Shown here: in pieces, positions 1 through 9,600 of the stretch | Layout of the letters: every line of letters begins with the position of its first letter | How positions within the stretch are numbered: the first letter of the stretch is position 1 | Source: a virus | Lineage: Duplodnaviria; Caudoviricetes | Length of the DNA: 36,172 nucleotides | Direction: 5' to 3' (one strand) | IMG/VR virus record: IMGVR_UViG_3300038674_000163 | Span: 1-36,172 of that record | Made by a program: the position numbers and the translations under genes | The notes under the pieces: generated by a model | Database searches by the model: none | Seen by the model: only the letters and a program-made list of their open reading frames with translations | What the model was told of the DNA's origin: nothing

Positions 1-2
1 CG

Positions 3-1181
3 GATTACAAGCAACTTGCCACGACCGACAGCCCCACCTTTACAGGTACCGTGACTGTTCCCGCTGCAACCGTAAGCGGTGCAGCAGTAAACAAGGGGCA
101 AATGGATGCGGCTTTAGCATTAAAGGCTAACGATAATGCTGTAGTAAAAACATCTGGTAACCAATCAATAGCAGGCGTAAAGACATTTTCAAGCAGTCCG
201 ATTGTGCCGAACGCCGCTGCCAATAACGAAGCAGTAAACAAAGGGCAGCTTGATTTAAAAGCTAATGACAACGAAGTTGTAAAACTTACTACAGACCAAA
301 CCATAGCAGGCGTAAAGACATTTTCAAGCAGTCCGATTGTACCTACTCCTGTTAATGCTACGGATGCGGCTACAAAAGGGTATGCAGATAGCGTCACTGC
401 CTATGATAAAGTTATTCGCACACAAGCCGAGTTTGAAGGGCTAATAGATAGTCCCGACTGGTTAGGAGCGAAGTCAGTAGCTATTGTCGGACAGTTTACA
501 GTAAGCAGGGCAAACGGCATAAAGATTCCCTTAACAGTAAAACAGATACACGGGTTTAACGGCGCAAAAATAACCGTTACGGATTTTGTGTATAATCCGA
601 CTACGGCAAAAGGCGGTTTGTGGTACGACGCAAGACCAACAACGCCCGATTATAACATACGCGATTTGGAGGTGGACTGTACAGGAGATTTTGGCAACGG
701 GTTTTATAGTTGCACGAACTTAGCGAACTGCACTGGTACAGGGACAGGTGCAATCAGCGGCTACGGGTTTAGGTACTGCACGAACTTAACGAACTGCACT
801 GGTACAGGGACAGGTGCAATCAGCGGCTACGGGTTTATGTACTGCACGAACTTATCGAACTGCACTGGAACGGGAACAGGGGGCTCAACTGGCTACGGGT
901 TTAGTAACTGCACGAACTTATCGAACTGCACTGGAACGGGAACAGGAACAGGGACAGGGGCAGGCTACGGGTTTAGAAGTTGCACGAACTTATCGAACTG
1001 CACAGGAACAGGGACAGGGGGTTCAGCTGGTGGCTACGGGTTTTATAATATCGAAATCGCGTCGAACTGCAGCGATGGTAATTCCTCAACAGCTATGTGG
1101 GGAGGTACAAATTATGGTATTGACGAGAGCAGTTGCAAGAAGACGAAAACAGAAGCAAACAATACAACACTGAATACGTAA
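3..1181 (+). CDS. Tail fibre / receptor-binding protein, 5'-truncated by the window edge
   Basis: Frame is open from position 3 (DYKQLATTDSPTFTGTVTVP), so GTG at 51 is not the true start. Contains tail-fibre-type repeats (QSIAGVKTFSSSPIVP x2; DAATKGYAD) and C-terminal beta-helix-like GYGFxxCTNLxNCTGTGTG repeats. Confidence 0.8.
   Translation, partial: DYKQLATTDSPTFTGTVTVPAATVSGAAVNKGQMDAALALKANDNAVVKTSGNQSIAGVKTFSSSPIVPNAAANNEAVNKGQLDLKANDNEVVKLTTDQTIAGVKTFSSSPIVPTPVNATDAATKGYADSVTAYDKVIRTQAEFEGLIDSPDWLGAKSVAIVGQFTVSRANGIKIPLTVKQIHGFNGAKITVTDFVYNPTTAKGGLWYDARPTTPDYNIRDLEVDCTGDFGNGFYSCTNLANCTGTGTGAISGYGFRYCTNLTNCTGTGTGAISGYGFMYCTNLSNCTGTGTGGSTGYGFSNCTNLSNCTGTGTGTGTGAGYGFRSCTNLSNCTGTGTGGSAGGYGFYNIEIASNCSDGNSSTAMWGGTNYGIDESSCKKTKTEANNTTLNT
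84..342 (+). repeat. Intragenic duplication in the tail fibre shaft
   Basis: AVNKGQ..LKANDN.VVK...Q.IAGVKTFSSSPIVP occurs twice, with a 38-bp exact match at 168-205 and 303-340. Confidence 0.9.
699..1043 (+). repeat. Tandem coding repeat of 66-72 bp units (five full plus one partial)
   Basis: Units start with GGGTTT at 699, 765, 831, 897, 969 and 1038; the core TGCACGAACTTAnCGAACTGCAC is conserved. Confidence 0.95.
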
Positions 1182-1196
1182 TAAGGAGAAACACAA

Positions 1197-1367
1197 ATGA
1201 CACTAACACCAGAACAAAGACAGTCGCTTGAAGAAGAAATAATCAAGACAGACGAAGAACTCGCGCAACTTATCAAAGACGCGCAAACAATTCAATCGCA
1301 ATTTAGCGAACAAATCGCACGGCTACGGCTAAAGCAATCCGCACTATTCGCGGCGTTAGAGGAATGA
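1197..1367 (+). CDS. 56-aa coiled-coil protein, possible tail fibre chaperone (not in ORF track)
   Basis: TAAGGAG RBS at 1182-1188; translates as MTLTPEQRQSLEEEIIKTDEELAQLIKDAQTIQSQFSEQIARLRLKQSALFAALEE; lies directly after the fibre gene. Confidence 0.75.
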   Translation: MTLTPEQRQSLEEEIIKTDEELAQLIKDAQTIQSQFSEQIARLRLKQSALFAALEE

Positions 1368-1400
1368 ACGAAGAATTGCGCCGTCTAGTAGACGGAAAAC

Positions 1401-1426
1401 GGATGTACTTTAAGTACATCTTTTCT
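1401..1426 (+). terminator. Putative intrinsic terminator
   Basis: GATGTACTT (1402-1410) and AAGTACATC (1412-1420) form a perfect inverted repeat followed by TTTTCT. Confidence 0.55.
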
Positions 1427-1448
1427 ACATATTTAATGAGGTAATTTT

Positions 1449-2366
1449 ATGATTATAAAGAAACTTAGAAAAAACATAGGTACAGTAATAGCAGCATTAG
1501 GCTTTCTACTTTTATGTATAGCTACCTTTGGTAATCTTGGTGAGTTCATGACTGATGTTTATTGGGAAAATGTTAAAAACAATATAACATCAATAGGATT
1601 TCTAACTATAGCCTTAACACTAATCCAGGTATCTATAAAACAGGGATTGGCAGAACAGGCATTACAGAGTGGTCTTAATACAGAGAATACAACAGAAAAA
1701 TATAAAGTACACAAAGAATTAATAGCCAAAAATGCAGAGCGAATGATATATCTACCATATTTTTTGCAGATATATAATAAACTCAATACGGTCTTAAAGA
1801 AACGCGAGTTTTTGATAGATAATAATTTTTCGTCAGAGAGAATGCTCCTAAATAGTGGTAAAAAATCGCTCATAAGAAAGTATAATAGTATAAAAATACT
1901 TATAACTCCTAGTCGTATCAAATGGGCAACTACAGATATTATGTATAATAAACAGGGACAAATTATTACCTTACAAGAACATAGAGCTAAACGAATAGGT
2001 TATGCAGTATGTAAATCTATTTTATTTATGTTAGGCATGACACTCTTGACTCGTGGCTTATTTTTTGATGCTTCTACTGAACCAATGTGGCAGAAACTCA
2101 TAAAATTAGCAACATATATTTTAAGTATAGGTGTGTCGTCTATATTTAGTATAATTAAAGAATATGAAAAAGGTGCGTTTGGTGTTCCTAATGACCTTGA
2201 TGAAATAAACGAAATATGGATTGAATTTACAAAATGGGAAATACCTGATTGGGTATTAGAAGAAGTCAAAAAATTAAACAACGAAAAGGAGGTAAATGAT
2301 GAAACAGACACAAAAACAGCAATTGACGGCAGAACAGATATACAAGAAAAACAAGAGAAAGTCTAA
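1449..2366 (+). CDS. Hypothetical membrane protein, about 4 TM (2+2 around a soluble basic domain)
   Basis: Hydrophobic segments VIAALGFLLLCIATF, IGFLTIALTLIQV, AVCKSILFMLGMTLL and LATYILSIGVSSIFSII; GAGGT RBS. Confidence 0.8.
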   Translation: MIIKKLRKNIGTVIAALGFLLLCIATFGNLGEFMTDVYWENVKNNITSIGFLTIALTLIQVSIKQGLAEQALQSGLNTENTTEKYKVHKELIAKNAERMIYLPYFLQIYNKLNTVLKKREFLIDNNFSSERMLLNSGKKSLIRKYNSIKILITPSRIKWATTDIMYNKQGQIITLQEHRAKRIGYAVCKSILFMLGMTLLTRGLFFDASTEPMWQKLIKLATYILSIGVSSIFSIIKEYEKGAFGVPNDLDEINEIWIEFTKWEIPDWVLEEVKKLNNEKEVNDETDTKTAIDGRTDIQEKQEKV

Positions 2367-2829
2367 GACTTTCTCTATATTAGCACCTATCTTCTTGTAT
2401 TTAATGCTCATATTAGCGATAATTTTCTTTGCATTGACTATAGAAAATTCTATCGGTAATATAACAGAAATATTGAATCTGTTAGACAAAGACAAGTATA
2501 GCGGTGAACAGATAATAGAAAACTATACTTATCTTGTAAATAAATGGGGTGAATGGGAAATAATAGGTGGTGCAGGTGGTCTAAGTATTCGTTATGTTGA
2601 TGTCGGCAACGCATTATTCTCCGGACTCATGATAACCTATACCTGTTTAACGGCAGCCTCATTGTGTATCGCTTTGCTGTTAGGCAAACTTATATTTCCA
2701 TTATTGGCTAAAATGTATAAAAATGCTAATGAAGAGCTCGTAGATATGGCAACGTTAACATCGGCTAGTAAAATAGAAGAAATGAGCAAAGCAAGTAAGA
2801 AATCCAAATCGGAAGGAGGTTGGTTCTAA
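2299..2829 (+). CDS. Hypothetical 2-TM membrane protein
   Basis: GGAGG at 2288-2292 favours ATG 2299 over 2296. Basic N-terminus, TM FSILAPIFLYLMLILAIIFFALTI, and second TM LMITYTCLTAASLCIALLLGKLIFPLL. Confidence 0.8.
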   Translation: MKQTQKQQLTAEQIYKKNKRKSKTFSILAPIFLYLMLILAIIFFALTIENSIGNITEILNLLDKDKYSGEQIIENYTYLVNKWGEWEIIGGAGGLSIRYVDVGNALFSGLMITYTCLTAASLCIALLLGKLIFPLLAKMYKNANEELVDMATLTSASKIEEMSKASKKSKSEGGWF

Positions 2830-3185
2830 TGGAAAAGCTCAAAGTAATTATTATAGAAAAATGGCCAGCGATTTTGTCTTATGTGCTAAATCTGGTAGCA
2901 TATTTTTTATTTCTTTTGTATAAATCTAAATTTAGCAAAACAAAAGATAATATGACAGTACTCTTTAATGATAGAGTAGATAAAGTAAATACGCTTGATA
3001 CAAATCTACGTACTTATATAGAAACAGAACGCGCTTCAATGAGAAAAGAACTTGCTGTATCAATAGAAGAATACAAAAAATCAAAAGCTGCCTATGAAGC
3101 ATGTGTGAAAGAGATATCAAAAATGCGTAATGCTGTTATTGAAATAATTGCTGACCAGGAGGAATTCAAAAATGACACCGAGTGA
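2829..3185 (+). CDS. Hypothetical protein with N-terminal TM anchor and coiled coil (118 aa)
   Basis: TAATG overlap at 2827-2831 with GGAGG upstream; WPAILSYVLNLVAYFLFLLY is followed by a heptad-rich region. Confidence 0.75.
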   Translation: MEKLKVIIIEKWPAILSYVLNLVAYFLFLLYKSKFSKTKDNMTVLFNDRVDKVNTLDTNLRTYIETERASMRKELAVSIEEYKKSKAAYEACVKEISKMRNAVIEIIADQEEFKNDTE

Positions 3186-3408
3186 AAAAATTATACAATT
3201 AGAGTCTCGAGTAACAGAACTTGAGAAACAAATAGAAGTTATGATGTTAGAGAATAAGAAAGAACGGCGAGAATTGCGAGCAGATTTATCAAGAACGTTG
3301 GCAGAGTATAGAGAACTTTTAGTCAATATGAAAGAAGAAATAGAGCGTGAAAAGCAAGATAGACGAGAGAGACGAGCTAAGGCGATTGCCCAATTGAAAA
3401 GTGAATAA
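3172..3408 (+). CDS. Hypothetical coiled-coil protein (78 aa)
   Basis: AGGAGG RBS before ATG 3172; E/R/K-rich heptad pattern. Confidence 0.75.
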   Translation: MTPSEKIIQLESRVTELEKQIEVMMLENKKERRELRADLSRTLAEYRELLVNMKEEIEREKQDRRERRAKAIAQLKSE

Positions 3409-3432
3409 TTTGTATAGAATCTGTATATAATA
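3402..3432 (+). promoter_or_regulatory. Putative promoter of the head operon
   Basis: TGAATAA-N17-TATAAT (3402-3431) with a TATATAATA core at 3424-3432, upstream of the scaffold gene; no correctly spaced TTGACA. Confidence 0.45.
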
Positions 3433-3500
3433 AAAATAAGGGACTGCAAAACGGCTGGTAACCGCAATTCGTCCAAAAATTACCAAAGGAGTAACAATAC

Positions 3501-4313
3501 ATGTTCGGAAATTTAGACGGTGCTAAAGAAATTACTATTAAAGACATTGAGGACTTTCTTAATAGTGATGGAGCTGTGTCACCAGCAGCAGATGAATCTG
3601 TTCAAAAAGCAGATGAATCTGTTCAAAAAGCAGATGATGTAAGTAAGGAAAGTCCTCCGGCGACTCAACCGGATTCTGGTAGTAAAAATAATAAAGATAC
3701 TACCAAAATCACTGAGACACAGGCATTCGCGCATCGCCTTAGGGAAGAAACAAATAAGGTCAGAAGGGAAGAGCGCGATAACATAGCAAAGAGTCTTGGC
3801 TACGAAAATTATGCGGCATTGCAGAAAGCACGTGAAGCTGATTTGCTCAAAGAAAAAGGTCTTGACCCTGAAGAAGTGTCACCTATTGTAGAGCAAATCG
3901 TTAACAAGCGACTGACCGAAGACCCGAGATTAAAAGAGTTTGAAACTTATAGACAACAGAAAGTAAATGAATGGGCTCAAAAAGAGTTGATAGAACTCAA
4001 GGATTTGACAGGTGGCAAGATTTCTAAAATAGAAGATGTACCTAAAGATGTGCTTGAGTTGTGGAAAACGAAAGGTTCACTCAAAGCAGCTTACCTAGAA
4101 TTAAAAGGTGAAGAGCTGATAAGAGAAATGCGTATTAGTGCTGCGAGTGAACAGAGTAAGGGTTCTACCGGTCATCTTAAGACCCTTTCAGGAGCTGCAC
4201 CTGTTATCGAAGAAGGTAAAAGACCTTTTACAGAACAGGAAAAAGAAATTTATAAATTGTTCAATCCGGAAGTAACAGATGAACAATTATCAAAAATGTT
4301 TAAGCAAAAATAA
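3501..4313 (+). CDS. Capsid scaffolding protein
   Basis: Acidic low-complexity N-terminus, charged helical middle (QAFAHRLREE...) and short C-terminal helical element; lies before the cement and capsid genes. Confidence 0.7.
   Translation: MFGNLDGAKEITIKDIEDFLNSDGAVSPAADESVQKADESVQKADDVSKESPPATQPDSGSKNNKDTTKITETQAFAHRLREETNKVRREERDNIAKSLGYENYAALQKAREADLLKEKGLDPEEVSPIVEQIVNKRLTEDPRLKEFETYRQQKVNEWAQKELIELKDLTGGKISKIEDVPKDVLELWKTKGSLKAAYLELKGEELIREMRISAASEQSKGSTGHLKTLSGAAPVIEEGKRPFTEQEKEIYKLFNPEVTDEQLSKMFKQK
3587..3637 (+). repeat. 21-bp in-frame tandem repeat (ADESVQK x2 plus partial)
   Basis: AGCAGATGAATCTGTTCAAAA at 3587 and 3608, partial copy at 3629. Confidence 0.95.
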
Positions 4314-4328
4314 CGGAGGTAAAATCAA

Positions 4329-4703
4329 ATGGCGGTAACACATACTCTCAGAGAGTTTAAGAACGCATATCTGCAAAAAGCTATTAGGCTTGACGATGTC
4401 GCAGTTTTTAGTACAGAGTCCGGAGACATTTTCAAAATTGGTCAGGTTGTTAATTTTACTGCGAAAAACGGTACAACGCCTGCCTATATTCAGAAAGATG
4501 CCAGTCCGGCAGTAGGCGATTACATTATCGCTCAAGGTGATGATACGGCACTTCCTTACGGTCACGTGCCTGTAGAAGACAAAAACTACAAACCCAAAGA
4601 TTATGTCGCTGTTACCGAAGATACGGCAATGGACGCATATTCTATCACAAAATCGGTCGTCGTTTACAAAATCACAGACCTTGACGACCTTATCAGTCGC
4701 TAA
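4329..4703 (+). CDS. Putative head decoration / cement protein
   Basis: 124 aa, beta-rich (FKIGQVV), located between scaffold and major capsid; GGAGGT RBS. Confidence 0.55.
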   Translation: MAVTHTLREFKNAYLQKAIRLDDVAVFSTESGDIFKIGQVVNFTAKNGTTPAYIQKDASPAVGDYIIAQGDDTALPYGHVPVEDKNYKPKDYVAVTEDTAMDAYSITKSVVVYKITDLDDLISR

Positions 4704-4717
4704 GGAGGTAAAGCACT

Positions 4718-5968
4718 ATGGGAATGATTATTAATATCGACACCGCACTTGCTAACAGAGCGGATTACAATATACTTCGTGAACCTATCAACGATATGTT
4801 AAAGAATAAACAAGAGGCCTGGGAGAAACAGAATCCTATTGACCTTTTGTTTAAGAGAGGCACGCTCAATAAGTTCCAAGAAACTTATACCGACAGCATT
4901 GGTTTCGCGCATGCATTTGCAGAAACTAACGATTACGGTGTGGCACCTATCTTCAATACGTATGAAGGTTTCTCTAAGACCTATACGAGCAGAACTTTCC
5001 AAGGTGGATTCATTATCACGCAGCAAGTTCTTGAGGACCAAGCCTACAATACTGTCAAGAATACTGCGAGCAGATTCATTACCAGATGGCACGGTGACCA
5101 GGTTGAATATGCTATGAAAGCCATTGCATCTGGCTTTGGTAAAGAAGTTACGTTCGGTTCTGCAGAAAACGGCGGTACGAGCAGATTGAAACTCACCTCG
5201 GCAGATACTACAGACGGTGACCCGTTGACCCCTACCAAGAACCCGCTTTTCTCTAAAGCACATAAGACCGTAAAAACTAGAGAAGCTCCGGCGGTCAGCC
5301 AGGCCAACCTTTTTGCAGTTACGGATGGTGCCACTGTACCTACCTATGGTATCGACCTTGCAGGCGATGACCCCGGAAAAATTGCGAAACTCGCAGATGT
5401 TATCAATCAAGTTATCACCTATATGGAAAACTTGAAAGATGATAACAATAAATACGCCGGCGTAAATGGTCCCAAGACTATTGTAGCACCTAACGATGCA
5501 CGTCTTAAGGCCGCAATCGAAACCGCACTTGCGACCGATACTTTCCCGGGCTACGGACTTAACGCCGCCTATAAGAGAGCCACTGCTGAGTTCACACCCT
5601 ATCTGCGCGATATCGCTCCGTGCTTTGATGCGACCAACAACGTCGCCACCGGTTTCTTCATTGTAGATAAAGCCTATAATGCTGAGAATCAAGGTCTGGA
5701 ATTCACTCAGCGTGTTGCATTCACCCTGAATGTTGCTGAAAAGAAAAATCCCTACGGCATTTCGTATGACGCTCGTGAAAGATTCGACATCAACGTGTGT
5801 TCGTGGAGAGGTATCGCCTTTGTATATATCGGCAATAGTGCAACTCCTGCCTTTAGTGAAAATGCTACTATCAACGATTTCGAGCTTATCAAGCCTATTG
5901 ATACTCTCGTCAAACCTGTTACTGTTACAGGTGTAGTAACCACAGAGGCTAAATCTTCGACCGAATAG
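4718..5968 (+). CDS. Major capsid protein (HK97 fold, Mu gpT-like)
   Basis: 416 aa with FQGGFIITQQVLED, DG...PLFSKAH, PKTIVAP and YDARERF...WRGI motifs resembling the gpT-like family; TAAGGAGG RBS; expected position. Confidence 0.8.
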   Translation: MGMIINIDTALANRADYNILREPINDMLKNKQEAWEKQNPIDLLFKRGTLNKFQETYTDSIGFAHAFAETNDYGVAPIFNTYEGFSKTYTSRTFQGGFIITQQVLEDQAYNTVKNTASRFITRWHGDQVEYAMKAIASGFGKEVTFGSAENGGTSRLKLTSADTTDGDPLTPTKNPLFSKAHKTVKTREAPAVSQANLFAVTDGATVPTYGIDLAGDDPGKIAKLADVINQVITYMENLKDDNNKYAGVNGPKTIVAPNDARLKAAIETALATDTFPGYGLNAAYKRATAEFTPYLRDIAPCFDATNNVATGFFIVDKAYNAENQGLEFTQRVAFTLNVAEKKNPYGISYDARERFDINVCSWRGIAFVYIGNSATPAFSENATINDFELIKPIDTLVKPVTVTGVVTTEAKSSTE

Positions 5969-5977
5969 GTTAACTTA

Positions 5978-6010
5978 ATGAGACTATATGAGCCTATCAT
6001 ATAGTCTCAT
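5978..6010 (+). other. 14-bp perfect stem-loop after the capsid gene (weak terminator, processing site or stabiliser)
   Basis: ATGAGACTATATGA-gccta-TCATATAGTCTCAT, with no U-tract. Confidence 0.7.
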
Positions 6011-6034
6011 GTACATAGAATGGAGGTTTAATTA

Positions 6035-6616
6035 ATGTACACTTGGGGTTATTTGAAAGAGAACACACTTAATAAATTAAATCTCACTGAGGAAGAAGCC
6101 AATTTGCTTGGCTTCCTTTCTCGTTTTCCGTATTATGCTAATGAAGCTATGACACAGATTTGTAGTTCTGTAAAGCCTAAAGATACGTATTTTGAATTGG
6201 TTGTAGATGATACCAATGTAAATAAAGTTGTAACACTTCCTAATGATTTTGTAGCATTTGATGATGATGCTGCCGAAATAAAGTATGAAGATTGTTATGA
6301 ATTTACAGAAGTACATGATGATGAATTACAGTACTTAGGTTACAATCAAGTCATCTGTAAAACAAAAGGTGTATATCGTATACCTTATAAGGCACGCTGG
6401 TTTTTCTTTACAAAAGATTTGCAGAATAACGTTGAGATAACGGCACCTGCTGATGTATGTGATGCTATACCTTCTTATATCGTCAGTCAATGCTACAAAA
6501 TTGATGATGAGAGAAAGGCTGCTATATATCGTAATGAATATGAAATGTTCTTAGCACGCATAGATGATACAACGTTTAAGTCACAGCGTACTTTCAAAAT
6601 CGGGGGAGGTTGGTAA
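6035..6616 (+). CDS. Head-tail adaptor protein (podovirus type)
   Basis: 193 aa after the capsid gene; N-terminal helices (TWGYLKE...YANEAMTQI), YTLP.DF-like VTLPNDF, and C-terminal helices (DAIPSYIVSQ...YRNEYE). Confidence 0.65.
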   Translation: MYTWGYLKENTLNKLNLTEEEANLLGFLSRFPYYANEAMTQICSSVKPKDTYFELVVDDTNVNKVVTLPNDFVAFDDDAAEIKYEDCYEFTEVHDDELQYLGYNQVICKTKGVYRIPYKARWFFFTKDLQNNVEITAPADVCDAIPSYIVSQCYKIDDERKAAIYRNEYEMFLARIDDTTFKSQRTFKIGGGW

Positions 6617-9600
6617 TGCCTAATACTTTTAATAGACAACCTTTTTCCGTATCTACAGGTTATTCCGAAAAGATTGACCACTTTATGCATGCAGATTTTA
6701 AGGGTATATCTGATAACAAAAATGATGTTACGGTAGACCAATTTACTTTTGCTGATGCAAAGAATGTTTATGTTGATGAACAAAATATTTTGACCAGCAG
6801 ACCTCCTTTCAAGTTTTCTGATGGTGAGGCATATATTGTAGACCAATGGACGTTTGGTCCTTATTGTTTACGTTTATATCGTGTTTTAATGACCAAATAT
6901 ACCGGTGATAGTTATTGGCCTTATCTTATAAAACCTACAGATTGGATGCCAGGTGATAATTGGCCCACAGGTCTTGACTCATTAGACAGACCTTTTGGTA
7001 TACAACCTAGAGGTTATAAAAAAGGTGATGATTGGCCTTATCCACAACCTGTTGATGGTATGGAATATATTGTAACTAATCCGAAAGAATATCCTGTATC
7101 TTCTTTGTATTTTACATTTATATTAGAATGTACTACACATGATACTGCAGACTTCGATGATTATATGGATAAATACGTTTGGAAGGTAAATGTATCGTCT
7201 ATAGGCTGGGATTTTATACCAAAAGTTACCTGTGTTCAAATTGAGGACAAAATTTTTATATGGTTTGGTGGTATAGATTTTATAGCTTTTAACACTAGTG
7301 GTATTATTCATACAGATGGTAAAAATTATAAGTATTTTGAAGATGCGACCAAATATCTATACTTTCCTATTCATAAAGTTGTTATAAATGGTATAGAAAG
7401 TGACCTAGAAACAAAGAATTTTCTTACAGATAGATACAGAAAACGTTATCAGTATTCTACATTTAGCAGTGTCAATTTCGACAAATTAATCGGCAGAGAT
7501 TTACGAGTTGGTCTTAATGGTAAAATGACTGATGGTAAATCTAAACATTTATATGATATTAAAGTAGGAGATAAACAGTCTAATATGATTGTTTATCCTT
7601 ACTCGCCAATAGGTAATGATTATCAGATAGATGTCGTACAAACTCCTCGTACTAATGTAATATTAAAATATAATATTGCACGTCATACTATTGAAATAAG
7701 TTTTGATGGTAAATCGTATAGAGTATTACCTGAGCTTAATAATATATTAGGTACACCTATGCTTACGAGAGACGGTCTATATGCCATTGCATTTACAACT
7801 CAAGGTGTTGCTAAATGTAAACTTGTAGCACAAGAAACATCTGATTTTGTATCAGAAAATGATGTATTCGTATGGCATATAGATAAATATATGCGTAATA
7901 CTCCGACATCTATTTCTAATCAAACGGTTGATGAAATTGATGCTTCTTTTATACCTAGTGGTTATTTTGAAACTATAGATAACTTTGCCTATATATTTAA
8001 GGCCAAGTCTATATTGTCTACTATTACAGGTGAGACTCAATATTTATATGCACAATGTTTAATTGGTAATGATACCATTTTTATTTGTAAACCTCTTATA
8101 ACTGTATATGGTACAGATGATGATATAAATTGGGCTAATATATTACCTAGTGATAATATAAAGATACACTTCAGTTATGTTACTCCTACGGTTGAAAGAC
8201 CTGACTTAGGTCCTGTCATATCAATAATGACGAATGGTATGAATAAATATGTGAATGGCACATTAACTCAACAAAAAGCTGGAATACTTACTTATTGTCT
8301 GAAGCGGTATCAAAATAATCTATATCCTGAATTTGTTGTATGTGATGATGAAGGAGTTTACCAAGATGTATCTATAATAGTTAGACACGACGACTGTGTA
8401 TATTTTGTGCGAGAGTATGCTTTTCCTTGTAGTCAAATGGATATAAAGAATCTGACCACAATTGTAGGTATAGATAAAGTAATATATAAATATGCGGCTG
8501 GTTACTCTCTAAAAGGTACAATGTTATATGATAATATCATACATTATTTTATTGACGATAAGGTAATGTATGATGGCAAGGTATATAAATGTATAAAAAA
8601 TAATAAAGCTACTCCAGTTACAGATACGACCTGTTGGACTAAGATTAGTGATAATACAAACGGTTACGAAGAAACAAAAATATTCGATTCTTATGTAAAA
8701 AATAATATAACGTATACAATCGAAGGAGCTGGACTTTCTAGTTATAGTTATGGTGGTCCTATAAACTATGATGGTTATTCGCGTTTCTTCAAAGTTTCTG
8801 TAAATGGAGAGAGTATATTAACAGATAAATACTTATGGATTAATAATTCTGTTTTAACCTTACCGTCAAATGGTATGTTATCAAATGTAATAGAAGATAA
8901 AGAACGTATAGTCATAAATGATGATGAACTGCAGCTAATTAATCCTATAGATTCAACTGTCTATAGTGGAAACATATATAAGTTATCATCTGATTTGTTG
9001 TCTTTATCTGCTGGTTCTATATCATCTGGTGACTGGGTATCATATACTGCAAATGCAGTTACAGAGGCAGATTATCTTAGACCTGGTGAATTTGGTGGTA
9101 CTCCTGCAGCACCTATAGGTCTAAAGAATAACAGGTTCCTTATAGATAAAATCGCAGCAGATAATGGTAATTGGAAACGCATTTCTGGTAATATTAAGAG
9201 TGGTGACCTAATAAGATTAACAGCTTATGCAGTATATATTACTGTACCAGCTGGCAATCCTGGTAATCCGTTTAATGTACAGATGACTATACAACCTTAT
9301 GAGTATCCTGCCGCACCTACCGGTTGGCAGGTTGGTGATGATTGGCCTACTGATTGGCCTGTACATAAACCTTTAATACCTACATCAGATAATACTGTAA
9401 GATTATGGGCTCCAGGAGACCCTTTACCTACTGGTAATATACGAATTTTTGGTATAGCCAATATTGTAAAGAAAACTAGACCATTAAAAGTAGATACCAA
9501 TGGTGTATGGTACAATATAGATGGTACTCTATGGACCTCTGAATTGACCGAAGGTAATATTGTAGAACTTGATGAGTATATAAATGATGTAAATGTACGC

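Noticed and set aside
699-1043. DGR variable region, or a CRISPR array
   Set aside because: No reverse transcriptase or template repeat in the window, and variation is not confined to adenine-derived positions. Units are in-frame coding repeats without unique spacers.
2296-2301. Holin-type dual start (ATG ATG AAA)
   Set aside because: No charged residue between the two Met codons, and RBS spacing suits only the second ATG.
4799-5692. 297-aa antisense ORF (also 28478-29323, 5-397, 814-1173 and other shadow ORFs)
   Set aside because: They lie opposite or out of frame within well-supported genes, lack convincing RBSs and motifs, and are explained by codon bias or repeats.
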